A stretch of 64,000 nt of DNA from Octopus vulgaris (Eukaryota): the NCBI GenBank assembly GCA_951406725.2, contig OX597816.1:104532001-104596000 (forward strand), read 5' to 3'. Each line of letters opens with the position of its first letter. Position 1 is the stretch's first letter. Below, piece by piece: positions 12,800 through 24,998 of the stretch. Under the pieces are notes generated by a model. That model was not told the origin of the DNA, ran no database searches, and saw only the letters and a program-made list of their open reading frames with translations. A program made the translations under genes and the position numbers.

Positions 12800-13287
12800 A
12801 TTATGCTGTAATTATATTAATTAGTATTTGTATTGTAAATATTAAAGTGATTGTTAGTCTTTCGCCTTTCTCCCCATCAATCTCCCCCTCTCTCTCCTTG
12901 TTTTGCTTTCTCTCTTTCTCTGTATGTATGTTTGAATATATATGTGTGTGTGCGTGTGTATGTGTGTATATGTTTGCATGTATGTATGTATGTATGTATG
13001 TATGTATATATGTAATTATGTATCGATTCCATCCGATTTTGATTAACATTTCTAGCAGTTTCATTTCTTTAATAGTTTTAATTAACGCAGAGAAAGACAA
13101 ACATTCGGGTACTTACATTTATCGATTGTAAACTAAAGTTTCTTATTGAACTTACAATACTTACATGGAGTTAAGAGGAGTCAACGTTGACTTACATTAT
13201 GCTAGCTCATAGCTATCATATTCATATATGCATACATACAAACATACATGCATACACATATACATATATACATGCACATGTATATAT

Positions 13288-13351
13288 GCTCAGTCGGTAG
13301 AGTACGACACTCTTAACCTCGGGGTCGTGGGTTCGGGCCGCACGTTGGGCG
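13288..13351 (+). pseudogene. tRNA-Lys(CTT) pseudogene, 5'-truncated
   Basis: GCTCAGTCGGTAGAG...CTCTTAA...GTGGGTTCG...CACGTTGGGCG; about 7 differences in 64 nt from the canonical metazoan tRNA-Lys-CTT, 5' acceptor strand missing, T9 run at 13357-13365. Confidence 0.85.
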
Positions 13352-13368
13352 CGTGCTTTTTTTTTATA

Positions 13369-13490
13369 GGCACAAGCATGTCTCTGTGGTAAAAAGCTTG
13401 CTCCCAAACCATATGGTTCTGAGTTCCGTCCCACTGCGTGGAGCCTTAGGCAAGTGTCCACTACTATGAGTGTGTGTGTATGTGCTTGTA

Positions 13491-13531
<41 letters not shown>

Positions 13532-13745
13532 GTTGCTTTGTGTCAGTGCCTGTCACCCTACTACCGCTTGAAACCAGTGTTCGTGTGTTCACGTCCCCGT
13601 AGCTTATCGGTTCGGCCAAGGAGATAAAAATAAATCCTAAGCTTCAAAAAAATTCCTGGGGTCGATTTGTTCGACTAAAACCCTTCTAAGCAATGCCTCA
13701 GCATGGCCCAGGCCTAATGACTTAAAGACGTAAAGGATAAAAGAT
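13369..13745 (+). mobile_element. SINE family A copy with internal deletion
   Basis: Colinear with 4124-4522 except for the central part. Confidence 0.85.
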
Positions 13746-13774
13746 ATATATACCTATATTATATATTATATATA

Positions 13775-14108
13775 TGGCTCAATGGTTACAGAATCTGGTT
13801 CACAATCATGAGTTAGTGAGTTCGATCTTCAGACTGGGCTGTGTGTTGTGTTCTTGAACTAGACGGTTTATTTCAGGTTGCTCTAATTCATTCAGCTGTA
13901 GCAATGCGTTTCTACGTCCCTGGTGCCAAGCTGTATTGGCCTCTGCCAATACAGCTTGGCACCAGGGACGTCGGTGGCGTGGAGAGAGGAGACTGGTATG
14001 TATGGGCAACTGCTGGCTTTCCATAAACAATCTTTCCCGGACTAGTATCTCGGAAGGTAACTTTCTACGTGCATCCCATGATCGTTCACTACCGAAGGGG
14101 GTCTTTAT
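13775..14108 (+). mobile_element. SINE family C (tRNA-derived) containing a perfect 27-bp hairpin
   Basis: A-box TGGCTCAATGG, B-box GAGTTCGATC, GTGTTCTTGA; inverted repeat 13914-13971. Confidence 0.75.
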
Positions 14109-14224
14109 CACTTTTTTAAAATTATATATATGTGTGTGTGTGTATGTTTGCGTGTGTGTGTGCGTGTGCGTGCATTTATGTATATATGTGTGTACGTATA
14201 TATGTGTGTATGTATATATGTGTG

Positions 14225-14296
<72 letters not shown>

Positions 14297-14383
14297 TATA
14301 TGCATGTATACATCTGTGTCTGTATGTATATATACATATATATATACATACACATACAAGCACACACACAAAAACGAGCTGTG

Positions 14384-14426
<43 letters not shown>

Positions 14427-14851
14427 TATATATTGTGGACTAGCTTCTCTTGGATGTGGTGCATAAGTTTCTAGTTGTTCAGTCAACTAAGTGTGCAAAG
14501 TGAATGAATATCACACACATGTGTGCCTTTAGTGTAATTCTTAATTAGAAACAAGGTAACAGTTTATGACAAAGCTGGATCCTGGACTTTTTAAATACAT
14601 GTGTATTCTCTCAAACTAGAGTCTACTTTATTTCTGTTTCTACAAATACCTTTACACGGGACGCTCAAAAGATAGGAACGAAACTGAAACATCGTGCTTA
14701 CTAAAACTAATCTTTTTACCACAAAACCATGTCTGCGTCGACCTCTTTCTGTCTGTCTCTCTCTGTCACTTTCTCTCTGTTTCTCTCTCGTCCTCTCTCT
14801 CTACCTATTTATCTTTTATCTATTATCTCTGTATGTATTTATCCATATGTG

Positions 14852-14969
<118 letters not shown>

Positions 14970-16779
14970 CATATGCATATGTATGTATATGTATATTATA
15001 TGTGCACACAACACACACACGCACGGAAATGTATATAAACACATGTATGTGTGTGTTTGTTTATCTATAATGTAAGCTTGTTTTCAAGAACTTCACAGAT
15101 ATGAACATAATCGTAGTTCTTGTCTTAAAACTGTTAAATGCTTTCCATTACTGTCTAACGTAAATAAATAACGAAGACACTATAAACGTGTCTACTTGTG
15201 TCTTATGTATTTATGCCTGTGCGTGCGCCTGTGTGAGTGAGAGGGGAGTGTGAGGGAGTGATATAGTATGCACGTACAGATTTTAATGTTACATGAAATG
15301 TGAAATAAAAAAAGTTAAAAACATAAAATAAAAACAAAACATTCTACACTACTTCAAAACGAACTCAATACAGTTGCCCCTAGGTTTTCGCTCACCAGCT
15401 AGAAAAAGCAGCGAAATGCATTCAAATTACATTACACCGTGTTAAACAGAAATATGTATCGATTAATATAGTTCTGGTTATATTCTTCTTGAAAATGAAA
15501 CGAGATTGTCATGGTTTAAACGCAGCTGACTGTAGGTCATCTCCAAACGAACAGGTAGTGGCGCTAAACAGCGACTATATTTCAAAGATAGTATTATTCT
15601 TCCCTAGATGTATATTTGAAGAAAAATTCATTTACTAACCGTTTACGAATCATATGAAAAATTATAGGCAAAGTGTGATATCCGACCTAGAAAATCATTA
15701 GTGTTTTACAGGTATTTCAATCGTCGTTTATATAGATGCAGCAGACAAAACAGCTTAGCTTAAGCTTTAAGTACCAATTGAAGATTTAAGTAATCTGCTC
15801 TTATCAATTAGAATTATGCTTGTCTGTTCTAAAGGAAGGTAATACCTTAATAGTCCAATTACAACAGAATTTCGACATATCTTCACCTCAATAACTTGAC
15901 GGTCAATAATTTAATATACACGATTATAATCTGTTTTGTAATTAGCGTCTAATAAAATGTAATGTGTAAGCAATTTTCGGTCTATTTGGATTAAGCGCAA
16001 CTTTGTAATATATATTTAGGCACAAAACATGCCTGTTAGTCTGTCATATTACTGAATAAACGCATTTGTTTAATGTATATTTTAAGTTATCATGCCAAAT
16101 CAATGTTTAGTAGTTACTGTGTAGTCACACAAATTTCAAATACGCTGTATTGCAAATGTTTACTACAGCATACAGCTGGAAGAATCTTAAGCGCCTCCAT
16201 ATTTATACTTGCATATACATACCTATGTGTATATGGCAATGGAAGAAATAGAGGAATATGTAGCCCGCGGGGAAGACTCAATGTAGACACCTGATTTGCT
16301 ATAAAGAACAAGCAAAATACCCTCAAATACCTCATTACCCTCTCAAAAAGAGAACATATCAATGTAGTCATGGATACACTGTCCGAAAATAATACATGAT
16401 GGCTATGGACAGAATAAATTGTTGATAGGTCTGATTTACTTAGGTCAGAGTTGACCTGAGGATGACCAGCAAAAGCAACAGTTAGACATCGAAATTAAGA
16501 ATATAGAATTCATTTACGCATATATCTCCCGAACATAGAATCACATATTTCAAGTAAAGCAAGACATTCGTCTTAACATCCAGATCAAATATTTTTTATA
16601 CGAGAAATATTACATCTTTATTTCTTATTTGACACAGGACGCAATAGAAATTTATGTATGTAAATAGTAACAGAATGTCCTAATTGATATAGTGGCATGT
16701 ACCATTTTCCCGCTAAATATTTATGCAAGCGTGAACTGACTTAGACACAGAATCTCGAGTATGTGAGTGCTGCTCATGT

Positions 16780-16885
16780 TTTCAGCTGGCTCTCACTTTC
16801 AGCTGAGTAGGCTGAAATAAAAGGAAATGAAATGCCTGGTTTAGGAACACAGAGTGCCGCCCGGTCAAGAAATCGAAATTAGTGA
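16780..16885 (-). mobile_element. SINE family C fragment
   Basis: Reverse complement resembles TTCGATT...GTGTTC.T.A.C...CATTTCA...CTCAGCTG of 4630-4700 and 13820-13900. Confidence 0.5.
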
Positions 16886-16904
16886 GCCCAACACCATAAA
16901 TATT

Positions 16905-17136
16905 TACGTCTTTATTACCCACAGGGAGTAAACATAGAAGGGACAAAAAAAGGATATACAAAGGGATCAAGTCGATTACATCGACCCCAGTGCGTAATTG
17001 GTACTTATTTAATTTACCCCGAAAGGATGAATGGCAAAGTCGACCTCGGCGGAATTTGAACTCAGAACGTAACGGCAGACGAAACAGCGCTAAGCATTTC
17101 GCCCGGCGTGCTAACGATTCTGACAGCTCGCCGCCC
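16905..17136 (-). mobile_element. SINE family B (tRNA-derived), full length with 15-bp TSD
   Basis: Head GGCGGCGAGCTG...GAGTTCAAATTCC, central GCC.TTCATCCTTTCGGGGT; direct repeat AACACCATAAATATT at 16890-16904 and 17140-17154. Confidence 0.92.
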
Positions 17137-17176
17137 TCAAACACCATAAATATTAACCCACGTACAGTCACACACG

Positions 17177-17248
<72 letters not shown>

Positions 17249-17444
17249 TATGCTCGCAACCATACACACAAACACATATACACACAAAACAAAGTATATA
17301 CACATTCATGATATTTTTTTGTAGAATATATTCCCATAATTCATAGAGCTGTTTCTCGTAGTCATAATCCAAACATTTCATGCAAAGTATGGTTCCCAGA
17401 ATGATATTGATTATGAGTTAGAATTTACTGAAATAAGGATTTCC

Positions 17445-17527
<83 letters not shown>

Positions 17528-20500
17528 TGTCAATGAATTCCAATTATCTTTCAGTAGTAAAATACGAATACATTGATTAAAAGGTGGTATTAAGAATGAA
17601 ACATCACGATTATTTCAACTCTAACAGTGTTAAAGTAAACGACCCAATTTAGCAAATATTTGGAAACCATAAAAATATTTTTATTTAAGGAACAAGATAA
17701 CATCGAGAACTGCAAATGAAGTGGAGAAGCACCGTTATGGAAGTAGTTTGTGTCATGAATCTAAATTATACTCCTTTGATACGGTCTTTCGGTATTTAAG
17801 CTGATTGTATTAGAACATAATTGGATCAAAAAGTATTTACAGCTACTATTTATATACAATTGATGTTAATGCTCATATTTATTTTGCCTCTTCATATCAG
17901 AGAAATAAACGTTTTGATATTAACCATAATTAAAACGCCAAATACCGCAAGCCATCTAGCGAGCCTCTACGTGGTAGCTAGACTTGCAAGGAATAGCAGC
18001 GAAATTTCTGTCAACTCACATCCTACTATTTTGAAAGAAAAAAAGCCGATTCATTGAATGATATTGTCCTGGTTATATACAAATTCGGTTTGAACAAGGC
18101 TTGTCCTGAAACATTTGACCATTGATCTGCTCGATCAAAGTTGAAGTGGGACTAAATAACGTGAAGTATTGCTAGATTTCCGTATGCAATGTTGTAATTC
18201 AGTCGAAGATACTAAATTTTCTTATTGACTTTAGTATTCAAGATTTAACTTTAGGTGAATAAAAATGGCTGCATACAAAAGACAACATAATGCCTGCTTA
18301 TGAGGTAGAGGACGCTTTTATGTCAGAAGAAAGAATTTGGCATTAACTACTAACAAGGCTGTATTTAAAATCATATTGGCAAACCACGTTTATTTTATTT
18401 TTAAAAATCACTATTCATTAAAAAATATACTAACAAAATGTTAAAAAGTTGGAATATTGAAATAAGCATCCCATCTTGCCGTTTTCTATTTTTTTGAAAA
18501 TTCCTTTGAATTTTCGTTTCAAACACATTATAATTACTTCAGGAATGTAATGGCGAACGCAAAGAAATTTAAATATATGTTTCTAAAATTCTGAGTAAGT
18601 TAAAAAAATATTGTCTTTTAATAAAATAAAATCAACAAAAATATATAGCAGTAAGATGAATTTAAAAGATTGTAGGTCTCTGGACGCGGGCCTAGGCTGT
18701 ATCTATCGACACAGGCTGTATCTACTCAAATAACTAGCATGCCAAATGTATTTTTAACTGAAGAAATCATATTTGATAATACTTAGCAATATCAGATGTC
18801 AAACGTTATGTAATGATTATCAACACTCGGAGAATTCACAACATAACGCTTGTGTACGCTTTTATTTCTGAGTGATCTGTAAGAGGATATCCTAAAGATA
18901 CAGCATCTTAGCACTTTATCAACTTGCAGCCCAAATGTGCAGCATCAGTTAATATATTTCAATGTGACAAACTACTTTTGAATCCAGGAGTAAAATATTC
19001 AGTTACTAGAACAATAACGAATTGTATTCGACTACTCTAAGCACATGTTCATCCCCACCTTTATTGAACATTATTAGCTTATCTTAAAGGTTCTGACACA
19101 CCTACTTATTTACACTCGTGTCAAATTTTGGAGCACTTTTCCCATTTAGGTTACCAAATGAGTAGCATATCACAAACGCAGCTATTCATCAACAATAGTG
19201 ATCTCATACAATGTAGCCACTACTACGACAAGGAATTAACAATTAAATTTACACAAATAAAGAATTAAATTTTCAATTATTTTAACACTAAATAGCTAAC
19301 ACTAAATATCTACAGTAATTACTGTAGATACGCCCCCTGCCAACGGTTATATCATTAAAATTATATATGCACCAGCTCGTCGTAACCCTGGGCAGGATAA
19401 AGTGATTAGCAGAAACAGTATATTCTTTAACTATATATTCCAGTTGACATTGCAATGGAGAAGTGAGAGAAAGGTTGAATAAAAATAGAAGAAAGGAGGA
19501 ACAAATAAATATGAAGATAGCAAGAGACAGAGAATTAGAAAAGGTGACTTGAGAGGAGGAAAGTGAAAGTAACGCGCACGGGCGCGAGAGGAAGAAACAG
19601 AGAGATAGAGAAACATGATAAAGATGCGAATGCTAGTTGAATCAATATTTAAGGTAGGGTATGGGGAATAGTTTCTGTGCTAATTACCTACTCTCTAATT
19701 ATCGATATTGACTGCACAATGACGTAAAATCAAACAAATTGACCAGAACAGTATAAAATTAGTAGATTTCCTGTAGCTGGCACACATATGTCGATGTTTA
19801 CTCCTGCTCAGCTCTACAATTCTGCCTGCCTTTTGCATCATGTTACCCGTGTCTTTAATTAATTTTGATCTGTTTACTTTGTGCTAAACATTAACTCCAT
19901 TTAATAAAGTAAGTAGACACAGAAATGTGCTGTTCATTAGCTGGGAAACTAATATATTTTCTAGATTTGCAGTGCTGCTGCTAAAATCTAAATACACATC
20001 TTGATATTTTAGAAGATTGTGGACAAAAGGTGTTTAAGAACATATCCTGAGGGATTATACTTCTTTATAAGAAGCTCTAAGCTAAAATTAAGATATAATG
20101 TTAACGAAAGTATTAATTTTCAAGGATTTAATGATGCTGTAATTCCAGTAAGAAAATTAATGAAAAATAAGCAAAGATTTCTAGCAGTTATGTCAGCATA
20201 GCTTAATCACTAAGTTAGCTATGAAGCCAAGTTCGATCGTTGCATTTTGATAATTTCATCTCGCTTATTGAAAGACAGTTATAACCGCTGTGGTAGTATC
20301 TTATTGAATCAATAATTCAAATAAAGTTTGCAGCAGATCCTATCTTACACCAGTGTATGAGTAATTATTTGCTTTGTGAATTTATTTACAAATTTAATAT
20401 TATTATCCCTATCAAATACCTACTTACATGCATGAAGTTATTCATAAAATTAAAAACGTAAGACCAAAGTAGGAAACGACGAATGAAGAATGTATAAGAA

Positions 20501-21544
20501 CAAGTTAAATTAATATGAATATTTAAGCAGCTCGTTAAATATAAAAGGAACTGAAGAACTTTTATAAATATGATCATTTTGGGGATAAAATCAATTAAAA
20601 ATTTACTTTTACAGTGGATGAGGCAAAATACGCTATTGATATTATATTGCATGTCATTTTTAAAATTGGTAATGCTTGATTCATATTTGATCTACATATT
20701 AAAAACGACGTGAACCATTCACTGATTTGGATTATAAGTGTGTGTGAAATATTTTTAAATCATAAAATATATAATTCTAGTTGATCTAACTCCTAGTCAA
20801 TCTTAATGAAACAGTCTTAAGACTTTCTAACAATGACTTTAATGCAGGAAACTCAGGGCCACATTATTCAACGGGTAGTTTTCTAAAGCTGTAGAGAGAT
20901 TTCTACTTGATCGAGCAAGCACAGAGATGCTTACTCGTAACTCCATGTTTAAAAATCTTCGCAAAATATGAGTCTCTTTTTATGTTTACAATGATATGTC
21001 TGAAGGTACCGTCTCAGCTGTGCATATGTTATGAAATTTTACATTTCCAATTAGGCAATTTTGTATTCTCAAGTGAAACACATCGAAACAATCTTTATTT
21101 CATAGAACTCTCAAGGGCTTAGCTTTATATGTCACAATTTTATGCTAAATACTTTAGTCACATATCACTAATTAATGGTTCGTTTGATGTCATCACACTT
21201 TGAATTCTGATAATTATTCCTATTTTGACATATTACAGATTTAGAGTTGTGTGGATAAGCAAGTGCTACGAAAATTTAGTGATGCATGATATACTAATTT
21301 TAGAAACCCCACTTGAGTCTTAATTGCCGGATTCACATGGCGCCAAATAGTTTAGTTCGGATGTGTGTGTGTAAGCGAGTGTGTGCGTGTGTGTGCATGT
21401 ATGAAAGAACACAAATGGGGCTTTAAAGTGACTACACCTCTTGCGATAGCATTTCGTTTTTGTATTCGTATATTACATCATATAAATCCATCACCCTTAG
21501 ATAAATGAATCCAGTAACCGATCAATATTACGTAATGTTTATAA

Positions 21545-21670
21545 AGGCGGCGAGTTGGCAGCCTTTTATCATTTTGGGGTCGATAAAATAAGTACCCGTT
21601 GAATACTGGGATTGCTGTAATCAACTAGACACCCCCCACCTCAAAATCTCAGGTTTTGTGCCTGTAGTAA
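21545..21670 (+). mobile_element. SINE family B, internally deleted, followed by (TTA)n to about 21790
   Basis: GGCGGCGAGTTGGCA joined to GCCTTTTATC..TTTGGGGTCGATAAAATAAGTACC. Confidence 0.75.
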
Positions 21671-21671
21671 A

Positions 21672-21775
<104 letters not shown>

Positions 21776-21789
21776 CATCATCATTGTTA

Positions 21790-23110
21790 TTTACTTTTAA
21801 TCTGCATGTTTGTTACAATCTCTTACTTGCCGGGATACACCCACCATCCTAGGGCGATTGAATAATAAGAGATGTTACGGAGGAGTGGCAGGGGCAGTAG
21901 CAAAATATCTTCACGTAATATAAAACAGACATTTAAATTGATAGGGTTTTTCTAAGGATTTGGGCAGTATTGTCAGCACAATCTTTTGGATTTCTCTAAG
22001 ACATGGTTCTCCTGGGATATTATCTAGATGCTTCTGGCATCCATTTCTTATCATACCTAGGGCACCCACAATAACATGAACTGTTCCTGCTTTAAGATGC
22101 CACATCTTTTGTATTTAAATTCTATTTCAGGTTCCTTTTATTTACTTAATTTCCCAAATTCCTTTACAGATATATTTGTGCCAGTGGGAACACTTACATC
22201 TATTACTCTACAAATATTTTCTTCCTACTCTTTAATGACTATGTCTGGTCGATTATCCAGGATCTTTCTGTCGGTGTTGATTGGAAAATCTCAGAGGATA
22301 GTGAAATTTTTACTTTCAACGACTGGCTCAGGATGATGTTTTTAGCAGTAAGCATGAGTGCTGATGTTGTAGTGTTTACATATTTTCCATTGTAAATATT
22401 ATTCTATCCTATCGAGCGATTTTTGTATTCGTCTGGTGTCAGCACAGGACATCCCGAGGCGAAACGTTATATTGTTTGGCCAAATGTATTGCAGAATCTG
22501 CATTTACGGTCAGAACTATTTTGGAGAACGATAGCCTTGTAGTTTTTGGTAAACAAACTTTGACCTTGTGACGCCAATATGGAACCTTCATTCTCTGCTT
22601 TCAGTCCTGAACTTCTCAGCTACTGATGAATTATTGCTTGGTCTAATTCAACATTTCGACTTCGAAGTATATACTGTCCATGCAGAGGCTTCTGTCTCCA
22701 CTGCTCCTTAATTTGCTTCTGCCCGTTCTTTTTTTGCATTCTGCTTGATCTATTTTACTCGTTTAGTGGCAATGGCTTCAGGTTCTTCATCTAGTTCAGA
22801 GTTAATACCAAGTTCTATTGCGAATGTGCAAGTTTCCTTGTTAATAGAATGTGACTTTTGGTGCTTTCGTGTTTGTACACAAGCCAAGACGTCCAGTCCG
22901 CCAAACATAAGTACCTGTTCATTGCTATTGTGGAGGTCTTATAACACAGTTCTACCTTCATCATTCCTTTTCCGATATTACTTCTAGATAGGTACAGACG
23001 ATCAACGTCTGCTTTTGGGTGGTGCATGTTCTGAGTTTTCGTATCATCCTTTCAGGCGCTGGAGCTCTGTAAGATGCCAGTTAATAATTATAAAACTGTA
23101 TTAGACTACT
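21790..23110 (-). mobile_element. 5'-truncated RLE non-LTR retrotransposon (R4/Dong-like), pseudogenised
   Basis: Fragments MHHPKADVDRLY, SSGLKAENEGS, KCRFC, PDIVIKE, HVIVGALG, LREIQKIVLT; 3' end abuts (TAA)n. Confidence 0.85.
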
Positions 23111-23132
23111 GGATGTGTCAGGGTTAATATTA

Positions 23133-23262
23133 AGGCGGGGAGCTGGCAGGTTTGTCTTTCTTCCCTTTGGGTCGATGAAATTAAGTACCAACGGAAAACT
23201 GGGGTTGGTTTAATCGACATGCCACTTCCCAAACTTGCTGATTTCGTGCCAAAATTTGAAAT
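23133..23262 (+). mobile_element. SINE family B, internally deleted
   Basis: GGCGGGAGCTGGCAG head, GGGTCGATGAAATTAAGTACC, tail GTGCCAAAATTTGAAA. Confidence 0.7.
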
Positions 23263-23954
23263 CTATATATATGTGTATATGTGTGCGTGTGTATGCGCGT
23301 GTTTAGGCGTATATATATATATATATATATATATAAAAGGAAGGACCGAAAGCTGAGATTAAATGCTGGAATTATTTTAAAATTTAGTTTTCTACTCAGT
23401 TCTGTTAATAGGTTGAGGTAGATTTAAAACAATATACGTAATAAAAAGACTTACTAGACATTATGTCTCTTTTAGTAAAATAATAAATATTACGATGAAA
23501 AAATATGATAAAGCATTTAGTTTATGAAGTGGAATCTAAGCTGCATTATAAAACGTCATCACGTCATAACGTATATCTATCTTGCTACATTAATTATATA
23601 TTTTGGGGAAATAAATTAAAACTTTAATACAACTTATTCTGATTTAATGAATTCTGATCTATAAATGGTGATGTGTTCTCCGTCTAAGGAGTCGGTTGTT
23701 CCATCACCTGAAATATCTACTCTTTCAATTAGTATATAAATAGTTGGGTTAGGGTTAGGCAGAGCGTGGATCATTCTGACTAGAAATCTGAATCGTATTT
23801 ACAATCCGTCTAACCGGCTTCCACACAGTTTCTGCCTACTCACTCTCACTCACAAGACTTCGGTCAACCCGAACTATGATAAAAAGATGAACACCACAGA
23901 TGCTATACATTACTATTCAGAAATCAATAATAATAATTATTATTATTATTGTTA

Positions 23955-24141
23955 TTTCAAATTTTTGCCACATGGGCAGTTTGGGGGAGGTGGGGATGAG
24001 TCGATTACATCGACCCTAGTGTTCAACTGGTACTTATTTTACCGACCCCAAAGAATGAAAGGCAAAGTCGACCTCGGAAGTCGTCCTAATACCGCTAAGC
24101 ATTTCGCCTGGTGTGCTAATGATTCTGCCAATTCACCGCCT

Positions 24142-24196
<55 letters not shown>

Positions 24197-24218
24197 CAAC
24201 AACAACAACAACAACAAC

Positions 24219-24294
<76 letters not shown>

Positions 24295-24645
24295 GTTTCA
24301 AAATTTGGCATGAGGACAATAACTTAGTGGGAAGGGGTGCGTCAATTACATCGACCCTAGTGTTCAACAGGTATATATTATATCGACTTCATAAGGATGG
24401 AAGGGAAAGTCGACCTCGACGGAATTTGAAACTCAGAAATTTAAGACGGACGAAATGCTTCTAAGCATTTTGCCCGGCATCTAAAAGATTCTCCCAACTT
24501 ACTTGCTCAATAATAACAACAACAATAATAATACTAATAATAATGATTTCCACTAAAGGCACCAGGCCTAAAATTTGAGGAGAGGAACAAGTCGTTAAAC
24601 ACCGACCCAGTTTTCTACTGGTACTTATTTTATCGACCCTGAAAT
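23955..24645 (-). mobile_element. Cluster of three tandem SINE family B copies/fragments separated by (TAA)/(CAA) tracts
   Basis: Repeated GTCGATTACATCGACCC...GGTACTTATTTT..CGACCCC...AAAGTCGACCTCGG at about 23965-24142, 24295-24500 and 24555-24645. Confidence 0.85.
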
Positions 24646-24657
24646 GATAATAATATT

Positions 24658-24998
24658 AGCAAGAGCTCTCAGAGACCGTAAATCTCCGCCAAGGCAACAC
24701 TAACGTCCTCTCAACGATTAGCCGGAAATGATTTTTAAAATGAGTATATCTGCAATAATCTCGAGTGCTCTCACAAACGAGAATACTAAAAATGAACTCG
24801 ACCGCTCTCAAAAATTAAGTAAAAAAAAAAAGGCAGAAAAATAATCCAGAATCCTTGTCCTGTACCGGATCGATCCCCAAATCTACTCAGTTCGTGCCAA
24901 CCACCAGGCCAAACATCCATGAAAGTTTCATCCGAATCCATCCAGTGGTTCTTGAGACATCTTATCCACGAATGAAAACAATAAAAAGCGGAGGTAAT
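24658..24998 (+). mobile_element. Non-autonomous Helentron/HINE (DINE-1-like) element, tentative
   Basis: Subterminal inverted repeat CTCCGC (about 24685) / GCGGAG (about 24988); motif AAAGTTTCATCCGAATCCATCCAGTGGTTCTTGAGA typical of this class. Confidence 0.45.

Noticed and set aside
13806-14486. Longest ORF (226 aa) and the overlapping 176-aa ORF with repeated [10 protein letters not shown]
   Set aside because: Made of SINE C, the DNA hairpin and microsatellite; the peptide seen on both strands is a by-product of the palindrome.
16782-17381. 199-aa and 118-aa ORFs (similar peptides at 48299 and 52040)
   Set aside because: Translations of SINE family B.
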